Assembly (NCBI GenBank): GCA_051362555.1
Contig: CM120640.1
Location: 49,950,788-50,014,787 of the forward strand
DNA from: Lingula anatina
Taxonomy: Eukaryota; Animalia; Brachiopoda
Direction: 5' to 3'
DNA: 64,000 nt
Both the position numbers and the translations under genes were made by a program. The notes beneath the pieces were generated by a model, which did not search any database, had not been told where the DNA came from, and worked only from the letters and a program-made list of their open reading frames with translations. Below are positions 51,648 through 63,941 of the stretch, piece after piece. The number at the start of each line of letters is the position of its first letter. Within the stretch, counting starts at the first letter, position 1.

Positions 51648-54049
51648 TGTAATAACCAGTCGGTGGTTATACACTTTCTATGATTTTTTTTTTCACCAGT
51701 AAGTCAACTGAGACAGGCAGGAATAGTTTACTGCTACATGATTTATTCAACGGACTGAAGACTCAGGTCTCTTCTACCATCTCTCTCTGTGTTATCTATC
51801 TCCGCGTTCCCTGACGGCGGCGGTACCTCTATGATCTCCGCGACGCGATCTGGCCCATTGTACTCTTTCAATGGCCAATCTTTATTGAACAGGCGCATAA
51901 TTTTACGCGGGCAATCTACGGTCGCGTGTCCCTCGCGCAGAGCATCAATACCGATAATCATCTCGTGGTTAATACCGTCGACCACGACCACGTCGCAATA
52001 TGTCGCGCCATCAATTTTGACTTTCGTTCGTCCTTTAACATCTAGCTTCTCCCCTGAGACGCTAAAAATCTCGTTTGTTTTCTCCAGCACCGTTCTTCTT
52101 CCCGTGGCTTCGCACACTTTTTTGAAAATGTCGAGGCGAAGGCAGGTACAGCATGCACCAGAATCAATCAGGGCCCTACACCGTATTCCACTAAGACCTC
52201 AAACTACCGCTAATCTACTGATTGAAAGTGCCTCTGTACCCGCCACGTCTAGTTTAAAGACTTCTTATTTTTTAATGTTGTCAGCTGCCGGCATTCTCTC
52301 TTTGAGTGCCCTACTTTGTTACAGTTGTAACAAATCACCGGCAGAGAAGCTCAGTGGATGATGACAGCTGTGATGAAGAGACTGCAATAAGGAAAGAAGT
52401 TAGAGAGGGGATCCGGAGCAATGAGGTTGTGATCAGCGGCGTTGCTAACAAATCTGCAAAAGAAGAATTCCCTGGTGCCGAGATGTTGCAGCTCCCCGAT
52501 GGAGGCAACAATAATGCGGTCAGTGACGTTGCTGACAAAGCAAAATCTCCCGAATTTGATATTTTGAAACCCCTTATGACCAGTGGTGATTCTGATGTAT
52601 TAAATTCCCCTGATACAGAAATGTTGCCGTTCCCTGATGAAGAGAGGTTGTCGCCCAGTGATGCTGAACCGTTGAAGTCTACTGATGATAAGATGATGAA
52701 GTTTCCCTGTGATAAGATGATGAAAACCCCTGATGTTGAAATGCTGCGTGTTGAGGAAATGGCCACCAATAAGACCAAACTAATTGAAAACGTGTGTTAC
52801 CATAAGGACAATGAAGAAAATGACGAACAAGTGAAGGAAAGGATTGAGCTGCGTACTGAGGAAAGGGACAATGATATGGTGAATTTGAATATACTTGCTT
52901 ATTACAAGGATAAAGACAGAAATGAAAAACAAGGGAAGAAAACAGATGACTTGCTTGATGCGTTAGAAAGAACTGAAAAACTTAACTTGAACTTGAAAGG
53001 TACAGAGAAATGGAGGTACCCACCTCATTGCAAACTAAGGCATTTTTTTAATGAGATAAGTTGTCCATGAGTAATTTTTAATAATTATTTTTTCTTTTCA
53101 TCAATGTATAGAAAAATGGAGGTATCCACTTCACTGGAATTTTTTTTTCAATAAGGTTAGTAAATTGTCCAAAGATTGTTTTTCATAAAATTTTCTGTTA
53201 ATTATTGTATGTCACATTTTTCTTTATTTGCATTTGATTTTTTTAAAATGCATACCCTTTGTGAAAGATAAGTTCTTAGGTTGTTAAATGTGTACTAAAT
53301 ATTGATTTGATTTGATTTGAGTAACATGTATAAAGCAGTCTTATAATTATATTTTTTTAATGGGTGTGAATGTCTATGCAAAGCTAAAGTATGTTTAAAA
53401 GTCCTTTAATGCTTATGTTAAGCTAAAATTGTTTTATTATTTTTGAAACTGTTAAATCTTGGTTAAATTTGATTAAAAGATGTTCATGTACCTTGTATTA
53501 TAGCTTAACACTCTATCAATTACAGTGTATAAATAGGAGTCGGTGCAGTAGGTTAAAAAAATTAAGTTCCTTAATTTTGTTTTCGGTAAAAAAAGGGAGA
53601 TATGTGTAGTGAACCGTTAATTAGTACTGATTGTCTTCCAAATTTGCATACTGAGATATGCATATTTGTTAGAGTTTTAATTATTCAAATGTATATAGAC
53701 ATGACAGTTTGCATGCGTTGAACTATTAATAGTATTGAGAGCTAATTTCCATATATGTCATTTACATATTCGTTAATGCAAATTGTACCCACAATTAAAT
53801 TTTAAGGTCTTAAGGCATGGCATGTCGCATGCCAATCATAGAAGTTAATTTAAAATGTAAATGGAGTTCATGCATAAAAGCAGTGACAGGGAGTTATAGA
53901 TACCACAGAGAGAGATGGTAGAAGAGACCTGAGTCTTCAGTCGCTTGAATAAATCATGTAGCAGTAAACTATTCCTGCCTGCCTCAGTTGACTTATTGGT
54001 GAAAAAGTAACTCTAAGAAGGTGTGTATAACCACCGGCTGGTTATTACA
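51648..54049. mobile_element. Rearranged Ty3/Gypsy-derived element: inverted partial LTR (51648-~51799), minus-strand gag-end/protease (~51800-52350), plus-strand 3' internal region, PPT and full LTR (~53605-54049)
   Basis: ~150-bp inverted terminal copies TGTAATAACC.../...GGTTATTACA; ACGC on both flanks; minus strand encodes CYNCNKVGHSKREC, TTTAAAC, ALIDSGA and IIGIDAL; AAAAAAAGGGAGA precedes TGTAGTG. Confidence 0.85.
52306..53070 (+). CDS. Acidic, internally repetitive ORF inside the Gypsy-derived element (probable C-terminal tail of Pol or an accessory ORF; 5' end truncated)
   Basis: 254 open codons with PxxEMLxxPD and DDKMMK-like repeats, directly upstream of the 3' UTR/PPT; no recognised domain. 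Confidence 0.4.
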   Translation: MPYFVTVVTNHRQRSSVDDDSCDEETAIRKEVREGIRSNEVVISGVANKSAKEEFPGAEMLQLPDGGNNNAVSDVADKAKSPEFDILKPLMTSGDSDVLNSPDTEMLPFPDEERLSPSDAEPLKSTDDKMMKFPCDKMMKTPDVEMLRVEEMATNKTKLIENVCYHKDNEENDEQVKERIELRTEERDNDMVNLNILAYYKDKDRNEKQGKKTDDLLDALERTEKLNLNLKGTEKWRYPPHCKLRHFFNEISCP

Positions 54050-54359
54050 ACGCGTGCCACTATATCGGTGCATTACCGCCGGTAGGCTACATACAGACTC
54101 ATCAATCCGCATCCGTATGTCAGGCGTAACCTTTGGCTCTGGTTTCCCCTAACAAAAGGAATGTTGTGAAATTATATATCACAGTTTAGTTGGAATTCCC
54201 CAACAGCTGTTTTTTTTTTTGTTTTTTTTTCACATCTTAATCCACCTTTGTTTCAGAGCACAGACAGTTGCACTTAGTATATAGGGCCAATACTCTAGCT
54301 CGGGTGGCTCTGTGGACACGGCATACGGCTATAGACAGAAAGATTCCGCAATCTATTAG

Positions 54360-54634
54360 CAGGGCCGTAGCCTCCGGGGGGGCAGGGGGGGCAGCTGCCC
54401 CCCCTGGGATTTGAGGTGCAAAATAAATAAATAAATAAATAATAATCGCAAAGGTAAAAAAATAATTGCAAAGTTGGTATCAATTCTGTGAGAAAATGCA
54501 CTCATGGCCACTAGACAATCATTCAACAATCGTGGGAGGGGGACACCCCCTCCCACAACCTCCCCCGTCGGAGGCTTCGCCCCCTCGTGTCCGTTTACTG
54601 CCCCCCCTGGCATTTTGCTCAGGCTACGGCCCTG
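54360..54634. mobile_element. GC-rich MITE with 14-bp perfect TIRs
   Basis: CAGGGCCGTAGCCT ... AGGCTACGGCCCTG with ATTAG on both sides. Confidence 0.85.
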
Positions 54635-54734
54635 ATTAGGCAAGCTGCATACAACCGCACTTCACCCTCCTCCTGTGACCCGAAACACCTGAACTGGAAA
54701 TACTACTTTTATTCAGTTTTGGCATTATTTCATC

Positions 54735-57700
54735 ATGAAACAAGGTAAAATATTTGAGAAAGCATCCACATCAGAGGATTTTGTGGAGAAAAGGCCGTCT
54801 TCAGAATGGCAGCCCTCGATTCTACGATCAAAAGCCTTAGTAGTGGCAGTAGTATTTGTTGTCTGTGCCCAAGAGACAGCGCTATCGGCAACATTAGGTA
54901 AGCTAGTTACAGAAACTGAAGCCTAGCAAATGCAGTAGGTGTTGGCTGAGGACAAGCCAGCCGGGAAACTGACTTTATTAAGGTTGCCTGCCAAACCCGT
55001 AAAGAAGCTGATAATCCGACAGCAGACCTCCTGAAAAGAAAGAAAAAGGTAAAGGTAGCGTGCTGGAATGTATGCACACTTTACCAAACAGGTAAGTTAG
55101 CACAAGTAATAAAAGAGATGGAAAACTACAGAATTGACCTGCTGGGAGTTGGTGAAGTGAGACGAAAAGAGTCAGCTGTGCTCAAGACAAACCACGCCTT
55201 TATGTACTCATGTTTGCTTCTTTACAAGCATTGCAGCAGTAATCACAATAGGCCTATATAAATTCGGGATCTATATTTTGATGTCAACCCCTCTCGATTT
55301 TCAAATCACGAAAGTTCTTAGCCGTGATAAGGCATTGCTGATCTTCCATGATGTAATATCAGTTAAGTAGCGCTCTACGTTTAACATAGTTTTATACTTA
55401 CTGTATCAATGTATTATGCCAATATCGTGTCAATATATATATATAGTAGTACATAGTAGTAACTTCTGACTTTTTACTTTTGACTAAGTTTTTAATCTCT
55501 GCTAAAGTTTTACCGGTAGAGATATATAACTTTATTTTTCGTCACTGAGATATGAATAAATCAAACGAACAAGTGATTATCCCTGCATCAATTTCAGAAC
55601 CAATAATGACTTGTCTGCTCTCCGAAGATGCTACTAGTGATAGTTGTATAACGCCTACAACGCAAAGCGCCACGAATTTTAAGAAGTACGCCGTGCAAGC
55701 TGGGGTTATATTAGGTGTAAAATATTTTACTGAAATATTATGCAGACCAATTTCAGGTGTATTTATTGACAGGTAAGAGGACAAAACATGTTATTTAATT
55801 TTATTTAAATATTTTATGAGTGTCGTTGTTTTAATTCAGTATGCGATGAGCCGAGTGCTAGCTGGTCCACGGCCTAAATATGGCGGACCTGCATGAAAGG
55901 AAGACCGCTTAATCCTGTAATGGTCTCTCCGCCTCTTTCACGTCCCTGCAGGAGCACAGTAATTAAATCTCGTCTCAATTAGATCGGTCGAGGGACGACG
56001 CGTGGGGAGGTGTGTGAGAGGCGGAGAGACCATTACAGGATTAAGCGATGTAGGTCCGCCATATTTTTATGTAGGTCTGCCATATTTAGGCCGTTGACCA
56101 GTTAGCACTCGGATCTTCTCATTCTGAATGGCTTCATAGATATATAATAAATTCCACTTGTCCACCAAAACAGCGGTTATCGCAATTATTCTCGATTGTG
56201 TGCATGCCATATCAGTAAACCGCTTGCCTTCATAGATGGTTATTATACCTCCGTAATAATTTCTTAAGAGACTATGACAAAAAAAAAAAAAACTTTTTTA
56301 GAAAAAAAATGGACTAACTGTGCTTTGAATGTTGGAATGGATTCATTAGCCCATGGTAAGTATGGGAAAATCGTCGTTTACCCCAGGAAAATCCGTTTTT
56401 CGACCAAAACGAAAAGTTGTTATTTATTATTAAAAGCACATATTATATTTCGGTTACCAAATAAGAAGAAACGTTCAACAACACTATATTTCTTTTTTTG
56501 CTGGACAAAATATTTTATCCTTCTTCCCAGTTTTGGTTACAAATATCCATTGCTACTCGGAGCTGTTCTGGATGCGTTGTCAACGCTATGTGAGTATTTA
56601 TTTATATCATTCCGTTTAAGGAGGATCTTTGAATTGTCTTTTGTTGCACCGTGCCTACAAGCCGTGGTGAGGTGGTAACGGAATCTGACAAATTATCGAC
56701 ATTTATAAAGTCATCTGTCTAATTCTAAGCACTTTAAGTAATCATTATTTTTATTTTGCTCGTTCGTTTTTTTCTTTTACTCCTCCGCGCAGTTGTGAGA
56801 TGGCCGTTTAATATTCAATATTAAATCTTCGTTCTAGTGTTTGCATTTGCCAAGCCTTTCCCATTGCTTGTCCTAGCTCGTGTTGTTCAAGGGATTGGAT
56901 CTAGTATAAGTGGAGTTGCAGGTATATAAATAGAGATTTTAAAAGTGTTTTCGAATAAATGATGACCGGTCCGTTTGGATGTGTTCTTATAAAGTGCTTT
57001 TCATCGGAGTCAATGGAAATCTTTACTATTGTCATTTGAAGCACAATGCATGAGCTGGAGGAATAATAACAACTTCTCTTATCAGAGGCCTCTTAAATAG
57101 TAGAATTAAAGTACACAATAATTTTGTAACAGACTACTAGCGCACCCTGTGTTCAGAGGGTAGAATAATAGTTTCTTCAAGTAATAAACAAGCATACAGA
57201 TGATTTTAGTTCTATGCCAACTTACAGAGACATTGCCAAACCACGATGCTTTGAAAAGTCCTTATGACTAGATTTACGTTATTTTTTTTTCATATAGCTC
57301 TTACGATGTTAACAATAACATATGACAACGAAGTCGAGAGATCAAAAGCTACCGCAACAGCTTTTGGTGGATATGCCGTGGGAATGCTTGGTAAGCATAG
57401 ACACGTTGTTTACTGATGCTGTTTTCTCTTGTTTCTGCAAAATAAAATTGGCGACCAAAGATTCAACTGCCATTTTACTAAACTCGATCAGTATTATCAT
57501 TACTACCTTAGGTGTTTAGATTTTAAGCCAGAACACGGGTTTGCTTCGTTTTAGGAGGTTACGTTCTTGGTAGTAGTACATATCAGCCACTCGGTCGTCG
57601 TGCGCCCTTCTTATTCTTAACGGGATTTAAAGTTTTCGATGGTGGTAAGTAGAACCGATATATACTGCATATATATGTATTTGTTGACACTCCTAATAGA

Positions 57701-60683
57701 TTCACATAAATAAAGAACCCAAAATCTTTTGTAAAGTAAAAAAATATGCAAATTAATCATTGATGTATAGATATGGCGCTGGTATCTCTCTTTGGAATTG
57801 CATACATCTGTTCTCATTAATTTCATGATACATTTATTATTTCATTATTTTTTTCAGTTTTCCGTATGCTAGTGGTTTGGTCACAGGTAAGGATATTATT
57901 GAACAATATCATTTGTGCCAACTCGATGTGATCTTTACCTTATGTCATATTCCCATTGGCACTGGTTTTCAAACATTTTCGAAATATGCAAAATATAATA
58001 AAAAGATGGTCACATTAAATGATTTAGAAGATTTATGAACTCGAAATTCGAAAAGCAATTTAAATGTAAAGTATTGGTTTAATTAAACCCTGTAATGCAA
58101 ATACTATATACAATTAAAACCAATAATCTTCCAAGTAGAAATATTTAAAAAATCTAAATCATCTTAACTTTATCATAGAAAGCAGGTAGTAAAGGAGATC
58201 AGTTAGAATTCGAGGACACATCTGTTTCACTGAAAGCTTACTTGAAGATTGTTGGTGATCCTTACATTCTCCACGGTCTGGGTAAGATGTTCTTTACCAA
58301 CCTCCCTTTTTTTCACGAGGGCAACCAATTCAGGCTTTTTAATTCATTGTTATATTATTTAAACACTTACTGATAACTCTTACCTTTGGCATAGCACATT
58401 CTGTTTTGGGGGTGCGTCATATTTTGATAACCATTTGAATAGACTGAGGTTTAAATGTCAACGGTGATAAATGTACTTTTCTTTATCACTGTGTATTGTG
58501 TTTTAATCTTAGGAACTGCTTTTGTTGATGTTCTTGCATATGCCCCTATCTTGACCATTGCACCACCGTGGCTTTATCAAGTGCAAGCGGCGCAGGAGTG
58601 GCAAATCGGTTGGTAACTACAGAATAGAGACAGGCAGTTACAGACAGATAACGACAGAACTAGATTTTATAATGAAGTTAATGCGTTGACATGGTCTGAA
58701 ATGCATTCTGAAACTGTTATTACATTAACATTTATTTTGCACTCTCAAGTTGATTTCTCTTGGGGAGTTGCTAATGATATTTTCCCTTTAATTTAGGCAT
58801 TGTTTTTCTGATCTCGGGAATTGCGCAACTTTTGATGAACGAGACAGTGTCACTTCTCCTGAACTACATCGACAAGTAAGTGTTATTAAGTAAATAAACA
58901 AAAAACTATGAAACTATATGAGCGATCAGGTTCAAAATAACCAATTGCTAGCCTTCACACTCAGTAGACGTAAACCGTGAGCCATATGTATTCACCGGGC
59001 TACTGTAGTTTCTTCTGTTACTAAAGCTGTTTTTTTTTTTTTTTTTTTTTTTTTTTGACTCTGAGATGTCAGGTATAAATTGGATCTTAACACCAGTAAA
59101 TTATCAAAGTTGCCAGTTTGGCTAGTCCGGTAGGTTAGTGGTTTGCAGTGTAGCCAGGTGAACAGTTGTTTGTGCAGAAAAACGAAAGAAAGTTAGCTGA
59201 AAATATTATCTACTTGTCGATCACGAAAAAGCACTGTACATGACACTTTGTGGATAAGGTAAAATATAGCCATCAAAATAAAATTACCGTATACATTTCT
59301 TAATATGAATCTTATCAAAGGTGATATATATATATATACTATATATAAACTTTTTTGATTTGCTTTTCAGATGGGTCTTTGCTAGTTTAGGGCTGCTTTT
59401 TTATTCGATTTCGTACACAGCAGTAAGTAACTGTTGTTTTTACCTTTACCGGCCCTTTGGCACTCTTCTGCACTAGCTGTAGTGGTGATATCCAAGCAAA
59501 TAACAGATGTAAAGAATCTTTATCTTGCAGTAGATATTTTATTATTTCATCACATATTATCATTTTATTACACATCACGTATTATCATTTTTTATAATTA
59601 CACTTTACAGAAATGTTTAATTTCCACCTCTAATACGTTTTTACGCGTAATCAACATTTTTTTGTGTGTAAAAAATTGTGTATAATAAGATCTTTTCTTA
59701 TATATTTTTTCTTATTCCAGTATCCCTGGGCTACAACAGTGTGGGAGGCTATAGGACCTAATAGTTTACTCTGCGCTGGTTTTGCACTTAGCCTTTCCGT
59801 TATAACACCTATTATGGTCGAACTTGTTAAAATGAGACATTGCTCAGAGTTTGGAACTATTATAGGTCTGCAAACTAGTGCCCAAAGCTTAGGATTTGCA
59901 ATAGGTACATGTGAACATAAATGAAGTCATTCAGTCTACGTAGAGAAAACACTCGAGTAAAACTGCTCTCGATTTAAGTCTAGTAATTTGTTGAATGGAA
60001 TAACTGAGAGACTATTGTAAAGGAGAAAAGGATGTTAAGTGCATTTAGTTTCAAGAGTGCAGCTATTACTATTGGTACCAAATGATTTTTATAGTCTGCC
60101 TGAATTGAGTGCATATTATAATATTATATAAATATTCTCTCCTCAGGAGCTTCTTGCAGTGGTGCTGCCATGACAGCTTCTTCTTTTGAATGGTAAGAAA
60201 ACTTCAAATTATGCAGCGGGTAAAATCTACAGATCCTGAGATAGTATCAAACTCCGAGGTTAATATCCACCCAAAAAACGTGTGGAGTTTTTTCAAATTA
60301 GTTTTGATTATGCAGAAATGTTTTTCGGTTCATTTGATTATCTCAGATAATATGTGTCAAAGAAATATGCATTCAAATTACAGGAGCTGCTACTTGTGGG
60401 CCCTTATTTCATTCCTAGGTTCTGAGATGTGTGTGTGTATGCTCTTCCACGCTGTGCCATCAACAACGCAGGTTCGTTTATTAAGGGTCTGGGTGAAATA
60501 TTGTAATCATTTTACAGTTGAAAACGTTATGATAAACATATCTGCTATTCATATATAAAAGATAATCGAGTAATTTTGTAGAAATTAGCAAAACTGTAAC
60601 AAACCTAGGAAAAACAATAATTAATTCCAATAAAAAACTAATCTTTTTAGACTTCCTTAAATGCTGGGTGGTATCATGAATAA
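54735..60683 (+). CDS. Divergent SLC18 (VMAT/VAChT-like) MFS transporter, ~473 aa; exons 54735-54897, ~55550-55772, 56531-56589, 56838-56921, 57298-57390, 57555-57644, 57858-57886, 58179-58281, 58513-58608, 58797-58875, 59371-59422, 59721-59904, 60147-60192, 60384-60471, 60651-60683
   Basis: MFS motif A-like GVFIDSFGYK; LARVVQGIGS, ERSKA, APFL, DPYIL, WQIG and GFAIG resemble SLC18; phases are consistent. The exon 2 acceptor and the last exon are uncertain. Confidence 0.82.
55046..55175 (+). mobile_element. RTE-like LINE fragment (AP-endonuclease N-terminus) in transporter intron 1
   Basis: Translates KVKVACWNVCTLYQTGKLAQVIKEMENYRIDLLGVGEVR, resembling the TWNVRTL..DILG.SE.R motif of RTE endonucleases. 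Confidence 0.8.
55834..56129. mobile_element. Foldback MITE with ~100-bp arms in transporter intron 2
   Basis: CGCTTAATCCTGTAATGGTCTCTCCGCCTCT / AGAGGCGGAGAGACCATTACAGGATTAAGCG pair perfectly; outer CCGAGTGCTA..ACGGCCTAAATATGGC is mirrored. Confidence 0.85.
56160..56433 (+). mobile_element. Decayed third copy of the TTAA MITE
   Basis: Shares AATGGATTCATTA..GGTAAGTATGGGAAAAT..GTTTAC..GACCAAAACGAA with 1853-2197; termini eroded. Confidence 0.7.
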
Positions 60684-63600
60684 CAGTTAAACTTAAATTA
60701 TGCTGTTTATTAAATTGGCTTTAAATAGCCTTGTGCAATGCTGAATTGCAGATGAAATCAACATACAGGGCCTCGTCAACGGCCTTATATACTGTAATTG
60801 GCACAGTTATAGGAAAAAAATTACCTTCCTCTCGCTCATTTTTGTTATAATGATGTACGCCGCTCCTCACATCAAATGTGTTTTGATATTTATTTCTAGG
60901 TACAAAAGCGACCTGATAACCAGTCATATGAATTATTTTTACGCAGTGAAAATGACAGCCAAGAAGATGAATAAAGGACAGTAAACCATATAAGTGTAAC
61001 AGCATTCACGTTTTTCTGTGATAAACTGTAAGAACAAACAAAAGAGGAGATATTGATTCTTGCTCATCCAAAAATATTTTGCGCAGACATTTTAATCAAT
61101 TCACATCCAAACGCAGGGGCGGATCCAGGATTATTTGAAGGGGCGGTCCGTGGATATGAAACCGACCCTAAAAATCCCTAAAAATCTAAACTTTTTGTTG
61201 AATGCATCTGTATATTAACAGAAATTGCGAAATGTGTTGTCTCACCAGTCACAATTATTACCTCAAGCTGTAACTTCTGACCTTTACCCAGACTCAGCTT
61301 TGTTATCGCTGGATGACGTATTCGGGTATTAAAACAACAATCACGGGGGCTATGAACACCTTTAAACTCAACAATCAAAGGCAAACCAATGTTTATTTGT
61401 TTTTCTTAATCAACAACAAATAAATTGTAACTGTTCGCTTTCAAAGGATTTGGGAATCAAGCCAGGTTTTCTATGCTGGCTTTTCATGGTGAATAAAGCA
61501 ATGCAATTAAACCTTTTCATGGGTAAATTTGAATGAACACAAACCTTTAGAGAAAAATTGAATAATTGTTATTGAAACTTTCTTTATTTGCACCACGTTG
61601 CTATAAGGAGAACGCTAGCAGCTGGCTTCCAAGCTAAGCGTCCAGGGCATATCGTTCATTACACCTGTCAAAACCAACACTTGGGCAGGCGATTTAGTCC
61701 AATTGCAAATCAAGGTAAGTTTTTGGTTTCAAATATTGGATTTTTATGAAAGTAAACGCGACAACAACATTTTATTCTACTTGCTAAGCAAGCAATGAAA
61801 GTAATAAGAAAGAACACTAGTCCTCTTGCACTGAATTGCATAATTGCGGTTTTGTTTTCATTAGACTAAGCGTTGCGGTCGTGTTAAAATTTCTCCTTTT
61901 CTGCCTCGATGCCATTTTTGAAGGGTTACGCCAAAGCTATACAACATCTTTGTAACTGGAAATTAGCTGATTCTATACCACATCTGTTACTTCCGTAAGT
62001 TTATAAAGCGACATATCAGTCTGAATAAGAAGACGACTTTGTTGTAAGGTTTACATACTCAAACCTTATAAGACCATTTATACAAAATCCATGCTTAGGC
62101 GTAGCATCTGGAAATGGTAAACAATCAAAATCCTAGCTGCACGATGTGAGATTAGATTAATAAACACATTTATCGATCGGCGCTTGTTCAACGAGGAAAG
62201 CTAGGTAGTCTGTTTCATTATTTTGGCTTGCATTATAGATGATCACTGCTGGCTTTATCACAGCGCGGTAGCGCTAAGGCCACGTTTCTGAAGATAACAA
62301 TCATTGAAGTGCCAGTCAATATAACTGATGACAAAGATTTTGAAACGTGTATCGAAGCCGGAAAGCCGCCAATTTTACCGAAAAAGATAACAAGCGAGTG
62401 TCTTTTAAGTGCTGTCGTGGCGCACAGGTATATGTAACATATGCAGTCGTGCAATATATCAATATAGGTGAGGTGTGTTCGGAAATAATACATATGCATT
62501 TTGAGTAATCGGATCAAGACCATTACGTATCTCAAACGAAAGCATTAGACTTTTTAAAGTGGTATGTACATTAGATTTCAAGAGAAATTATTATTTCTGA
62601 TTGGTATGGTAATATGATATCGGGAAAAAATTGTGCATGCTCTAATGACTGTATACGAAGCAATCAAGTGCAATTAAGGCCAGTTTTTGTCATTCATGGT
62701 TATTTGAAAAACACTGGTATCAGGACGTATCTTGTAAGGAAGTTAAAGACATAAAATCCAGTTGTTTTCATCCTTTTCAACTCGCATAACAAGCAGTGGG
62801 TTTGGGTAGGCCCTATTCAGGTGTTAACATGCCAAACTTTTTATAATCCATTTTATCACAGCAAGTAATAAAGGTTAGAACGATTAGTCGGTTACCAAGA
62901 GACACGGCGATTACAATGACACATAGGATTTAGAATATTTAAACTTTGTGAACGCCGAGTCGAATAGTAGTACTTGTGTGTGGTTGTGAACAATGCATAC
63001 ATGACAAATTGACAGAAAAGCGAAGGAAGTGTTTAATCAAAGCTTTCTAAAGTAAACATCAAATAGGGTCATTTTTTGTGCTGTTTTTTAACATAACCAT
63101 TGCTGTATAGATCATTGCTTCTAAATAACCGTGGCGCCTTGTCGACATTCACCTTAAGGTTTCATATCAGAGTAGGCCTACTTGTGAAACGCTATCATTT
63201 ATCTTATGAAATGCATCATTTAATGAAAATATGAAACACGATTTAATACGTAGCAATAAAATAAGGGCGTAATGCCAAGGCACTTTAACGGTACTTTTTG
63301 TATTTTAATTCATGTCAAGAATATGACGAAGTCGACAAATATTGACTCAGCAGGGCGGCAGAAGTTTAATTGTTCGCTTATATGATAACAGCCGCTGTGA
63401 CATCTTTCATCCCTCCTCCAACATAAAACAATGATATTGTTATAACGTTGCAATACAGATGTTATATTATGCTTTGTGCTTCCAAAAATATGTTAGAAAA
63501 AAAATAACAAATAAAACGGTAAATGAAAGTTGCGGCTTCCAACTGACGAAAGTAAGTCTGATTGATCACCGTGGCTGAATTGCCAGATACTGTATCCAAG

Positions 63601-63941
63601 GTAGTACATTATTGAGATACACATTAGTTGTAGGAGGAGAAGAGCTTCACTGGATTGTGTATATTTCGCATAGACCGTACAAACAGAGCTCGGCAGGTGA
63701 TAAAACAGATCATGATTTATATCTATCATAACTTTTTTTTTTTCGCACGAGAACTATGCACCTATGCTGTATGATATCTGCACGTAAAGAACAAGTTAGT
63801 TTGTGCTAATGTCATTTCACCGTATCAGGTGCTATTTTTCTTTCTTTTCAGATAAGGCAAAACAGACTGAAGGAGAAGAAATTCTGCTATCCTTTTGGAT
63901 CGCCATATCGATAGATTTCTCAACCACTGTCACAATCAACC

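Noticed and set aside
29611-61131. CTGGATCCGCCCCTG (~29611) and CAGGGGCGGATCCAG (~61115) as ends of one giant transposon
   Set aside because: They point outward rather than inward and share no TSD; more likely separate remnants of a common MITE family
61560-63730. Short ORFs at 62233-62535 and 63493-63729
   Set aside because: No recognisable motifs or consistent exon chain
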